From an uncultured Gammaproteobacteria bacterium (GTDB lineage Bacteria > Pseudomonadota > Gammaproteobacteria > UBA9339), in assembly GCA_963543695.1 (NCBI GenBank), contig CAUUCF010000003.1:4252-68251 (forward strand): a stretch of DNA of 64,000 bases. Reading direction: 5' to 3'. Each line of letters starts with the position of its first letter. The first letter of the stretch is position 1. Under the pieces are notes generated by a model that did not search any database, had not been told where the DNA came from, and worked only from the letters and a program-made list of their open reading frames with translations. Shown piece by piece: positions 49,916 through 58,959 of the stretch. The position numbers were made by a program, and so were the translations under genes.

Positions 49916-50524
49916 ATGGTTAAATTAGGTAGAATTTTAGAAACGACTTTATATTTTACGGCTTTAATTAATCCGTTTAGTAAAATTTTGTTTTTAACGG
50001 CTCAACCGATCGCTTCTAAAAAGGAATTATTTAAAATTTCGGTAAGGTCTAATTTAATTGCTTGGGTTACTTTAGTCGTTTTAATTGCGTTAGGAGATTT
50101 TTTATTTCGAGAGGTTTTTAAAATAGATATTTATTCTTTAAATGTGGCGGGAGGAATAGTGCTGTTAACGTTAGGATTAAGGGTAGTTAATACTGGGGTA
50201 TTTGTTAAACCTTCTGCTGTGCTTCATCATCATGAAGATATCGCATTAGTTCCTTTAGCTATACCTTTAATTGTTGGTCCAGGTATTATTACGGCGGTAA
50301 TCACTGTGGCTGCTAATCATGAAGCATGGATCAGTTTATTTTGTGTAACTTTAGCATTGCTCCTTAATTTAATAGGGATGTTATTGGCCCCTTTTATTCA
50401 AAAAGGGTTATTTCGGCTCCATGCTACTGAAGCTTTTATTAGAATTATCGGGTTAATTGTCGCTACGATGGGCATTCAGATGATTTTAAGTGGTTTAGGT
50501 AATTGGTTAATAAACTTCATTTAA
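49916..50524 (+). CDS. MarC-family (UPF0056) integral membrane protein
   Basis: 202 aa, about 6 TM. NPFSKILFL.. and ..DIALVPLAIPLIVGPGIIT are characteristic of the MarC family. Confidence 0.7.
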   Translation: MVKLGRILETTLYFTALINPFSKILFLTAQPIASKKELFKISVRSNLIAWVTLVVLIALGDFLFREVFKIDIYSLNVAGGIVLLTLGLRVVNTGVFVKPSAVLHHHEDIALVPLAIPLIVGPGIITAVITVAANHEAWISLFCVTLALLLNLIGMLLAPFIQKGLFRLHATEAFIRIIGLIVATMGIQMILSGLGNWLINFI

Positions 50525-50590
50525 GTATAGCTTAATTATTGTGTAATATTTAATTATTATACTATTAATCATTATTCAATGGGGATAAGA

Positions 50591-51808
50591 ATGAAAATTA
50601 AGTACTTAAAGAAAGTTATTTTATTAGGCGTAGTGGTTGGTAATATTAGTTTCGCTAATGACGGTTCATATGGAAACGAAAGACCAACGTTATTAAAAAC
50701 TACTTCTTATGCCAACCCTGATAAAATCTCGATTTATGAAGAGAAAGTACGAGATTTTGATTATGGAGAGTGTCCAGTAGAAGATGAACTTTTAAAAGAA
50801 AACATATTCCTTAAAACAACCAGTCCTCAAACGGATGAAAACGAGAGAAAATATACTCGAATTATTTTCGATTGGAATAATTTTGAAGAAGCAGCAGAAA
50901 ACATGATCTTTAAAAAGAAAGCGGAAATTAAAGCGGCGGTCGAACGAGACGAAGCATTCAAATTAACGAAAATAGTTCGTTTAGGGAGTTATCTTTCCCA
51001 GTTAAAAACTTATGATTTAGCTTTAGATGGGTTAGAATTTGAATCTGGTTTGTGGTGGAATAATTACGGCGGAATTGGTGAGGTTAAAGCTTCAAATAAT
51101 ATTAAGTTTGACCATAATGTTTACGAAAGTATATTAGGTTGGAATAGTGAACCAGTATTTTTAGGAGCGGATTGGCAAGTTAAAACTTCGTTATATTTAG
51201 GTTACTTAGGTTCAAGTCAACAATTTGAAAATAAAGAAATTGATCTCCATCAAAACGGTGGGGTAATAGGTTTGTCGTCGCAATTAGCTATGCGTGCTTT
51301 TTTTGTCGAAGGTACTTTAAACGTAGGATATCATGAAGCGAATAGTCGTTCTCTATTAGGGAAGCAAAGTTTTAATAATGTTACTGCGGGATTAGCTTTA
51401 AAAAGTGGTTATAATTTTAAATTTTATCAGGAATTATTAGCGATTGAACCGAATTGTTTAATTTCTTATAGCTTTGTAAATAGTAGTTTTAAACGAAACG
51501 ACGGTTATAAATTTTTAACCGATAAATCGTTAGGAGGTTGGCAAATTAATCCTGGAATAAAAATGATTGGCAACGTGAGTGACTCGTTAAAATTAGACGT
51601 TCATGCTAATATGGTATGGAACTGGATTAACGACCGAAATAAAGGTATTGCCGAGCAAAAAGAAAAAATAAAACCTTATGTAAATTATGGATTAGGAGTA
51701 GAAAAATCAATTAGTAAACGGTTGTTAATACGTGGTTCGTTAAATTTGCTAAACGGCGGAATTAACGAAGTAAACGTGCAGTTAGGACTTAGTTACTTAT
51801 TTAACTAG
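50591..51808 (+). CDS. Outer-membrane beta-barrel protein, autotransporter-beta-domain-like with a short passenger
   Basis: ~405 aa. Signal peptide MKIKYLKKVILLGVVVGNISFA-ND. The C-terminal ~270 aa show an alternating amphipathic strand pattern and end ..VNVQLGLSYLFN. ATG at 50591 follows a GGGGA Shine-Dalgarno. Confidence 0.5.
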   Translation: MKIKYLKKVILLGVVVGNISFANDGSYGNERPTLLKTTSYANPDKISIYEEKVRDFDYGECPVEDELLKENIFLKTTSPQTDENERKYTRIIFDWNNFEEAAENMIFKKKAEIKAAVERDEAFKLTKIVRLGSYLSQLKTYDLALDGLEFESGLWWNNYGGIGEVKASNNIKFDHNVYESILGWNSEPVFLGADWQVKTSLYLGYLGSSQQFENKEIDLHQNGGVIGLSSQLAMRAFFVEGTLNVGYHEANSRSLLGKQSFNNVTAGLALKSGYNFKFYQELLAIEPNCLISYSFVNSSFKRNDGYKFLTDKSLGGWQINPGIKMIGNVSDSLKLDVHANMVWNWINDRNKGIAEQKEKIKPYVNYGLGVEKSISKRLLIRGSLNLLNGGINEVNVQLGLSYLFN

Positions 51809-51900
51809 TTTAATTTTTGATTCTCTAAACGTACCTAATCAATAAATTTGTTTTAGGGAGTTTAGAGAACGTGATTTAAGGAACGAAGATGATTTAAAAA

Positions 51901-51973
<73 letters not shown>

Positions 51974-52050
51974 TTAAACTGAAAAAATCATCATATAATA
52001 ATTCTCCGTAAAAAACAATCGATAAAATGATTTACAATTGCTTAAATTGT

Positions 52051-52070
52051 GTTAATATTTTCTTAATTAA
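52051..52070 (+). promoter_or_regulatory. PmrA-type tandem box candidate (gTTAATATT-tt-cTTAATTAA)
   Basis: TTAA-N7-TTAA with a full TTAATATT first half-site, 19-38 nt upstream of the 1115-aa ORF ATG. A similar chance match at 10510 shows that the background rate in this AT-rich DNA is not negligible. Confidence 0.3.
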
Positions 52071-52088
52071 GCAAATGAAGGGAAGTTT

Positions 52089-55000
52089 ATGCCAGGTTTT
52101 CTTTTATGGGGTAGCGTATTAATTGGAAATTATCTTGCTTGGATGGGAGGAGGAAAAAAGCTTGCGGAGATAATTGGAGGAACGCAAGATTTTTACCGTA
52201 AAAATTTAGAAAAAAAAATCAAACGTTTTTTTAATGTAGAAGGGATTCGTAAAGAAATTAAAATTACTAGGATAGATGAAGCAGGGCTCTTTAAACTTCG
52301 TTTTGATGACGTTTCTATCTATAATCCTTACGCAATAATTGAAAACAGTACTTTCTATAATAAGCAAGAAGATGATCAGGAAGTAATAGCAGAATTTAAT
52401 AAAGGATCTTTTACGGGAGAATTATCCGCAAAAAGCTCTTTAGGAGATTCTGCGTTAGAAACAGAAACAATTGATTATTATGTTGTTGATTTATCTTTAA
52501 AAGACGTTGCTCAATTAGATCGATTGAAGTTAGGAGAAATAGATTTTGGTAATTGGGATGATTTGTTTGAAATTAATATTTTTAATAAAGAAACGAACGA
52601 GGTTATCAATAAAGAATCGGACATCTATATTAAAATTTTAGAAACTTTAAATCATTACGCGAAGTTAAGTGCTAGTAGAGGATTACCGAACGATAAAGTA
52701 CAAGATAAATTGGTGGTTGAAAATAAAATTCCTATTTTAGGATTTTTTATTAATAGTTTTAATACTTTAGTACGCGGTAAAATAGTTAATGAGCAATTAG
52801 ATCTTGAAGGAAACGAAGATGGTAACGAGCATATTAAATCTCAAGAATATTTGAAAAGTATGGGAGAATTGTTGCTCGATAAACAAAATGAAGAAGTGAT
52901 TTTAATCGAAAATTATTATAAAGCGATACGACGAGATTTAGAAAACCAGAAAAAATTGGTTGAAGAAATTCGTCAAAAATTTGTGCAAGAAATCCAGGAA
53001 CGTGAAAAAGAACGTTTTCACGCTAAATTAAAGTTATCTTTAATAATTATTGGTAGCATTTTAGTAATCGGTACAGTATTAGCTTTATTCGTTACCGCCG
53101 TTGTGTTTTTTCCGGAAATTTTTGGTCCAATCTTTGGTTCAGCCTTAACTATTTTTGCAAGTACGGTATGGAGTGTTGCCAAAAAAGGGGTTAGTTCTTT
53201 ATTTTCTTTTCCTTTTTTTAGTGTTTCTACTGTTTGTTTAATTACGGGGCTTTTTACAAAAGGTCGTACGGATTATAAAAAGCAACGTTTAGAAATAGCC
53301 AGAAATCATAAAGAATGGGCTGATCAAGTAATTAATGATCTGGATGAAGAAATAGCAAATGTAAAAAAAGATCAGCAAGTAGTTTTGGAAAAGCTCAGGC
53401 ACATTAAAGATCAGCAACCATTAGAATTAGATTTATCTGCTTCTTTCAGCGAAATCAATTTACCATTGTTAGCGAATCACATAAATAATATACCTAGTTT
53501 AACGCTTCACGATAGTAGTCATGGTTCCGAAGAAACCGTTGTTTTGAAAATAGAGCAGTTATTGAATCAAGTGGTTCCATATCAAAATCGCTTAGAAGCT
53601 TTGCATTTAGATTGTCGTTTTACTGATCTATCTGAATTGAATCAGCAAAAATTATTAACGTTAGCTAAAAGTAATTTGGCTTTAAAAGCAATCAAAACGC
53701 AGCAAGATCCTAAAGATAATGAGCGGTTATTAGAATTATACAAAGTATGTACAGTTAATCGATATTTAACGGGTAACTTACTAGAAAAAGATCGTTCTCC
53801 TAAAGAATATTTTCAATCTGACGAAGAATGGCAAGCGGTCATTGATCAGCAATTATACGCTAATTACGATTGGGGTTGGGATGGTAATCGCCAAATCGAT
53901 AGTGAAGTGATAAAGCAATTAACGAAAGCAAATGACCGTTACAGAATTTACGCTCAACGTAACGCTTTATGTCACGAGTTAGGAATAAAAGATTTTTACG
54001 GTAATCCGGATGAAATTAAGAATAATCTGCTTAAAAAGTTAAATAGTTATTTGAAGGATGAAGAAAAAAGGACGTTAGAAGATAAGCTATCGTTAATTGG
54101 TAGATATTGGGAAGCTTTGGATTATTTAGATTATTACCTTGAGAGAAATTTATCTTTAATCGAAGATTTTCATACACTAAAGATAGTTATACAAGAAATA
54201 GAAGATTCAAAAAGAAATAGCTTTTTAAAATATTTGGGGTTTAATGAAGCAGAGCAATTATTATTAAGATCGTATTTAGAGGACGAACAGCTTAGCGAGA
54301 GGGACTTACCTTGGATAAACGATTGTATCCAACGTAATTATTCTCGTTTTGTATCCCAAATCATTAGCGAATTAGAACAAAATAATCAAAACGAAAAGTT
54401 AGCGACCCGTTTTAACCAATTTATTCATCAATTAACGATGAAGGAAATGCACCGTTATTTTAGTGATAATACGGAATATTTATTAAAAGTGTTAACGAAA
54501 ATTGAAAAGCCAAACGATGTTCAGGATTTAGCTAAATGGTTGACCATAAGTAAGCAATTAGTAAATAGTGGCACCAATCAAACGTGGGGTTTATACGGTG
54601 TATTTAGTCGAATCTTAAACCACCTGGAAGTACCTATTCATATCACGGAATTAGAAAAATGGCTTAATCTGGAACAAGTTGATTATGATATAAGTGTGAC
54701 TAATTTGATCAATAAAAAAATAAAAGAATTAGTTTGGCAATTAGAAACAGAGCCGACGATTGAAAGATTGTTACAATTTTTAGCTTTACAACGAAAATTT
54801 ACCGCAAAAGAAACTCGTCCTTGGTTGTACCTTAAGAAAGCAATTGAAAAGATTATTAATACTATTGAGATTAAAAACGTGGAAACTTTTAAGCAATATG
54901 TTGATTTAATTACTCAATATCCTAATTTTAAAGCTTTATTTAAAAATCAAATAAATAATTATTTAAATAATCCTAATGCGGTTTCTTTGTTAGATGTGGT

Positions 55001-55436
55001 TAATAATTGGGAATCTATGCAAAATTATCTTTCAAAATCACAGTTGTTCGAGATCGTTAAAAATGCTTTCTGGGTACATGATTCAGGGTGGTTAATGAAG
55101 CATTATAAGTATGTGTCTTTAAATGATCAGTTGTTAGTTTTAAATGATCAAGTTAGTTTTTTTGATAAATTAGAGTTTAGTGAAGGAGAAAGGTATTTGT
55201 TTATTGAATTATCTCGATTGCATGTTGATTATCAAAAAGATCGGCTATTAGAATATATGGATATGCTATTAGGATGTAATTTTAAGAAATGTACGTTATC
55301 AGAAGTGATAAATGCGATCAACAGCGATATTGATAATAGTCAACTTTATCAGGAAGAATTAAATGAAAAATTGAAATTACTAGTTCAAGATGTATATGTT
55401 AAGCACGGTCGACAACACGAATTATTGGGTAAATAG
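52089..55436 (+). CDS. Large hypothetical protein (1115 aa): coiled-coil regions flanking a central multi-helix hydrophobic block; candidate secreted effector
   Basis: Long uninterrupted ORF with a Shine-Dalgarno-like GAAGGGAAG upstream. The hydrophobic block spans residues ~315-390. Helical repeat modules are shared with the next ORF. No enzymatic motif recognised. Confidence 0.7.
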   Translation: MPGFLLWGSVLIGNYLAWMGGGKKLAEIIGGTQDFYRKNLEKKIKRFFNVEGIRKEIKITRIDEAGLFKLRFDDVSIYNPYAIIENSTFYNKQEDDQEVIAEFNKGSFTGELSAKSSLGDSALETETIDYYVVDLSLKDVAQLDRLKLGEIDFGNWDDLFEINIFNKETNEVINKESDIYIKILETLNHYAKLSASRGLPNDKVQDKLVVENKIPILGFFINSFNTLVRGKIVNEQLDLEGNEDGNEHIKSQEYLKSMGELLLDKQNEEVILIENYYKAIRRDLENQKKLVEEIRQKFVQEIQEREKERFHAKLKLSLIIIGSILVIGTVLALFVTAVVFFPEIFGPIFGSALTIFASTVWSVAKKGVSSLFSFPFFSVSTVCLITGLFTKGRTDYKKQRLEIARNHKEWADQVINDLDEEIANVKKDQQVVLEKLRHIKDQQPLELDLSASFSEINLPLLANHINNIPSLTLHDSSHGSEETVVLKIEQLLNQVVPYQNRLEALHLDCRFTDLSELNQQKLLTLAKSNLALKAIKTQQDPKDNERLLELYKVCTVNRYLTGNLLEKDRSPKEYFQSDEEWQAVIDQQLYANYDWGWDGNRQIDSEVIKQLTKANDRYRIYAQRNALCHELGIKDFYGNPDEIKNNLLKKLNSYLKDEEKRTLEDKLSLIGRYWEALDYLDYYLERNLSLIEDFHTLKIVIQEIEDSKRNSFLKYLGFNEAEQLLLRSYLEDEQLSERDLPWINDCIQRNYSRFVSQIISELEQNNQNEKLATRFNQFIHQLTMKEMHRYFSDNTEYLLKVLTKIEKPNDVQDLAKWLTISKQLVNSGTNQTWGLYGVFSRILNHLEVPIHITELEKWLNLEQVDYDISVTNLINKKIKELVWQLETEPTIERLLQFLALQRKFTAKETRPWLYLKKAIEKIINTIEIKNVETFKQYVDLITQYPNFKALFKNQINNYLNNPNAVSLLDVVNNWESMQNYLSKSQLFEIVKNAFWVHDSGWLMKHYKYVSLNDQLLVLNDQVSFFDKLEFSEGERYLFIELSRLHVDYQKDRLLEYMDMLLGCNFKKCTLSEVINAINSDIDNSQLYQEELNEKLKLLVQDVYVKHGRQHELLGK

Positions 55437-55477
55437 TTAAATTATTGTTTAAGGAATACTATGTTTAGGAGGAATTT

Positions 55478-56728
55478 ATGTTAAGCGAGAAACAAAACGA
55501 ACAATGGTCAATATCAGAAGCAGAAAAGCAATTAACATCCGAAAAGGAGCTATTGGAAAACGAAAGCTTGATTATTTCAGCAATAAATAAAGAAAACGAA
55601 CAATTATTAAAAGAAATAACAAAGTTAGAAGCACCTATAGATGTAGAACGTTTACTTTACGAATCGTTTAACGTGGCCGTTTTAAACGATCAAAACAGGT
55701 TACAGACAATCGTTAACAACGCCGTTAAAAAAGTTAACCAAGAAACAAAAAACAGGATTGCCGAAAGTTTATTTGCAAATCGTCAGCGGTTAATGCATAA
55801 AATAGAAGAACAAAACAAAAGATTGTTAAAACGATCACTAACGTTATTAAAATACTCATGGTCTATAAATACAGATCTTAAATTATTTGATAAATGGTTT
55901 AACATGTTAATTGTACCAGGTAATGATGCGTATGAAATTTTACAAGCAATCATTGACGATTTAGTTAACGTTGAGGAGCGAATCAAAGAAGTAGCTATTG
56001 AGAAATTACTTGCATACCAAACGTATTTACAGGAAAAAAAGCTTAATTTTAATTATTTAGGAAGTCCTTTAAGTACTTTATTAGCGTTAAGTAATGCAAA
56101 AAATATTCATGAATTATCTAAAATACAATATATACAATTACAAGGTAAAAATTATGGAAATTGCCTTTGTGAATTAGCATGCTGGCTCTTATTACACAGA
56201 AAATATTCTAATTTAATCGGTGAGTATCATAAAAATGACCTCCAAATGCGTTATGCATCACAACTAGAAACAATTAATAACCTTATAGATCATTTATCAA
56301 TTCAACCGGACGTATTGTATGTACAACAACTCATACGATTAGCGAAGACATATCCTGATTTTGCTCCACAGTTAGAAGGAAAAATAGACGATGCTCTGGC
56401 TTTTTTTAAACAGGAAAAATGTTCGCCATCAAACAACAATGAAGCAGGAAGTTCAAATCGATTTATTATGTACTGTTTATCGAAGTTAGATTTTTATAAT
56501 CAGGTGCAAGAGTTAAAATATTGGTTATTTAACGGAAGTAAGATTCCAGGGGATAGATATAGTGATCGTATTGATTCGTTATTAAATAATTTAGAAATAA
56601 AAAATGAACACGAAAGATTACAATTGCGGGAGTTAGGTGCGCAGTATCCAAATAACGCTCAATTGCAAACTAAAATAGAAGAGCTTGATGTTCAAGAAGA
56701 GGAAAAAAGAGTGACTTTCCATACGTAA
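55478..56728 (+). CDS. Hypothetical coiled-coil/helical-repeat protein (416 aa), paralogous in modules to the upstream 1115-aa protein
   Basis: AGGAGG Shine-Dalgarno 6 nt upstream of the ATG. It shares the ..(L/I)N.(L/I)EIKN..E......L...QYPN(F/N)..L...I module with the upstream ORF. The C-terminus is acidic (DVQEEEKRVTFHT). Confidence 0.7.
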   Translation: MLSEKQNEQWSISEAEKQLTSEKELLENESLIISAINKENEQLLKEITKLEAPIDVERLLYESFNVAVLNDQNRLQTIVNNAVKKVNQETKNRIAESLFANRQRLMHKIEEQNKRLLKRSLTLLKYSWSINTDLKLFDKWFNMLIVPGNDAYEILQAIIDDLVNVEERIKEVAIEKLLAYQTYLQEKKLNFNYLGSPLSTLLALSNAKNIHELSKIQYIQLQGKNYGNCLCELACWLLLHRKYSNLIGEYHKNDLQMRYASQLETINNLIDHLSIQPDVLYVQQLIRLAKTYPDFAPQLEGKIDDALAFFKQEKCSPSNNNEAGSSNRFIMYCLSKLDFYNQVQELKYWLFNGSKIPGDRYSDRIDSLLNNLEIKNEHERLQLRELGAQYPNNAQLQTKIEELDVQEEEKRVTFHT

Positions 56729-56852
56729 GAGAAGAAAGATTATTTAATTTAACGAATAATTTACGTTATACGATTAATGCCCGATAATAAATGAGGTTAC
56801 GTTTTAATATTTAAAAAAGTAACTTCACGTTTATCGGCTTTTTGTAAGGTAG

Positions 56853-56881
56853 TTGACTTTTATCTTGATAGTGAGTAAACT
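56853..56881 (+). promoter_or_regulatory. Candidate sigma70 promoter of the metY-rimP-nusA-infB operon
   Basis: TTGACT (56853-56858), 17-nt spacer, TAAACT (56876-56881). It lies 12 nt upstream of the tRNA 5' end. Confidence 0.45.
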
Positions 56882-56893
56882 AACGTAAGTGAA

Positions 56894-56970
<77 letters not shown>

Positions 56971-56988
56971 ATTATGTTTTTTTAAAAG

Positions 56989-57010
56989 ATGGGCTTAATG
57001 CCCATTTTTT
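56989..57010 (+). terminator. Intrinsic terminator/attenuator hairpin between metY and rimP
   Basis: atgggc-ttaat-gcccat is followed by tttttt and flanked upstream by aaaag. Confidence 0.55.
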
Positions 57011-57032
57011 GTTGGTGAAGCAAAGAGAACAG

Positions 57033-57461
57033 ATGCAAAATAAAATTGAAGATATTTTGAAGAAATATCATTTAAAATTATGGTACTTTATAAAAACAGG
57101 AGCAAAGTCTCCTATTTGGAAAATTTATATTGATGATCAACAATATCGTGGCCAAGTCAGTTTATCTTTGTGTGAACAAGTTAGTAAAGAACTAGCTACG
57201 ATAATCGATGATAGTATTGAAGTTTCTTCACCAGGGATAGAACGTAATTTATATACATTAGAACACTACCGTTTATTTTTACATAAAAAAGTGAGCCTTG
57301 CTTTCCGAAAAGAAGGAACCTTAATGAAAAAAATAGGTTTTTTAGAAGCAGTAAAAGTAGATCAAGTGATTTTTAAAGAAGAAAGTGGAACAATTTCTGA
57401 AATTAATTTTCAAGATATTGTTTGGTCAAAATTACATTATGATTTTAGGGGTGGGAAATGA
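57033..57461 (+). CDS. rimP: Ribosome maturation factor RimP
   Basis: IEVSSPGIERNL motif and position upstream of nusA. ATG at 57033 (MQNKIEDILKK..) is preferred. The ORF-track start at 56910 would run through the tRNA-fMet gene and the terminator. Confidence 0.85.
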   Translation: MQNKIEDILKKYHLKLWYFIKTGAKSPIWKIYIDDQQYRGQVSLSLCEQVSKELATIIDDSIEVSSPGIERNLYTLEHYRLFLHKKVSLAFRKEGTLMKKIGFLEAVKVDQVIFKEESGTISEINFQDIVWSKLHYDFRGGK

Positions 57462-58948
57462 ATAAGGAAATTTTGATGGTGGTTGATTCAGTATCTAACG
57501 AAAAAAGTATGGATAAAGAAGTCATTTTTAATGCGTTAGAAAGGGCTTTAGAAATTGTAACGGCTAAACGTTATGGTGGGGAAAATCAAGCGAATATTCG
57601 CGTAGCGATTGATCGTGATACTGGAAAACACGAAACTTTTCGTCGTTGGAACGTAGTAGCAGATCAAGCGGAAAATTTAAATGCTAATTTAGAAATGCCG
57701 TTATCACAAGCGATGAAGTTTAGTCCAGATTTAAGCGTAGGAGATGTGGTAGAAGAAGCAATTGAATCGGTAGCATTTGGAAGAATAGCTGCGCAGGTAG
57801 CTAAACAAGTATTAATGCGCGAAATAAGGCACGCTGAAAAAGAAGATTTTATAAAACATTACCGTAGTTTAGTGGGTACTTTATTAACGGGAGTAGTGAA
57901 GAAGGTAAATTATGATTCGGTGATCCTAGACGTAGGAGAAGGAATGGAAGCCGTTTTATATCGTGATCAAATGTTACCTCGAGAAATGTTTCATTTGCAC
58001 GACCGAGTACGAGGGGTGTTATTAGAAATACGAGAAGATAGCCGTGGTGCAATGTTGGTATTAAGTAGAACTACTCCTCAAATGTTAGAAGCTTTATTTA
58101 AACTAGAGGTAGCTGAAATTAGCGAAGATATTATCACGATCCAACGAGTAGCGCGTGATCCAGGGTTAAGATCTAAAGTGGCGGTAAAAACGAACGACGG
58201 AAGAATCGATCCTATCGGGGCTTGTATCGGTATTAGAGGTAATCGAGTACAAAACGTTTCTAACGAATTAGGAGGCGAACGTATAGACGTCATTTTATGG
58301 GATGATGATCCTATCCAGTTAGTGGTAAACGCTATGGCTCCAGCGGAATTATTATCGATTGTCGTTGACGAAAATAAAAACGCAATGACTTTGGCGGTTA
58401 GTGAAAATCAATTAGCTTTAGCAATTGGTCGTAATGGGCAGAATGTTCGTTTAGCCAGTGAATTAGTAGGATGGAATTTAAACGTAGTTAGCGAAAACGT
58501 CGCTAAAGAACAAGCTCAACAAAAAGTGGAAATGTTGGGTAAAATCTTTGTGGACAAGCTAATGGTGGATCAAGATTTAGCCAACAGTTTAGTAAATGAA
58601 GGTTTTCGTACTTTAGAAGACATCGCTTATTCTCCAGCTAAAGATTTGATGAATATTGAAGGATTAGATCAAGAAACGGTAGATATTTTACAGGAACGTT
58701 CTAAGAATATTTTACTAGAAATGGCTTTGATGGAAGAAGATAATTTAGGTACGGTTGAACCATCGAAGGAACTTTTAAATTTTCCTGGAATTTCTAGAAG
58801 GTTAGCGTATTTATTAGCTAGTAAAGGGATTGTCAGTATCGAAGATTTAGCCGACCAATCGGTAGATGATCTGTCTGAAATTAAAGAATTAACTGCGGAG
58901 GAAGCAGGTAATTTAATTATGTCAGCTAGAAAACAAGTATGGAATTAA
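57458..58948 (+). CDS. nusA: Transcription termination/antitermination factor NusA
   Basis: 496 aa. N-terminal domain, S1, two KH domains (GACIGIRGNRVQNV; LAIGRNGQNVRLAS) and two C-terminal acidic HhH repeats. Confidence 0.95.
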   Translation: MNKEILMVVDSVSNEKSMDKEVIFNALERALEIVTAKRYGGENQANIRVAIDRDTGKHETFRRWNVVADQAENLNANLEMPLSQAMKFSPDLSVGDVVEEAIESVAFGRIAAQVAKQVLMREIRHAEKEDFIKHYRSLVGTLLTGVVKKVNYDSVILDVGEGMEAVLYRDQMLPREMFHLHDRVRGVLLEIREDSRGAMLVLSRTTPQMLEALFKLEVAEISEDIITIQRVARDPGLRSKVAVKTNDGRIDPIGACIGIRGNRVQNVSNELGGERIDVILWDDDPIQLVVNAMAPAELLSIVVDENKNAMTLAVSENQLALAIGRNGQNVRLASELVGWNLNVVSENVAKEQAQQKVEMLGKIFVDKLMVDQDLANSLVNEGFRTLEDIAYSPAKDLMNIEGLDQETVDILQERSKNILLEMALMEEDNLGTVEPSKELLNFPGISRRLAYLLASKGIVSIEDLADQSVDDLSEIKELTAEEAGNLIMSARKQVWN

Positions 58949-58959
58949 GATAGGTATTT

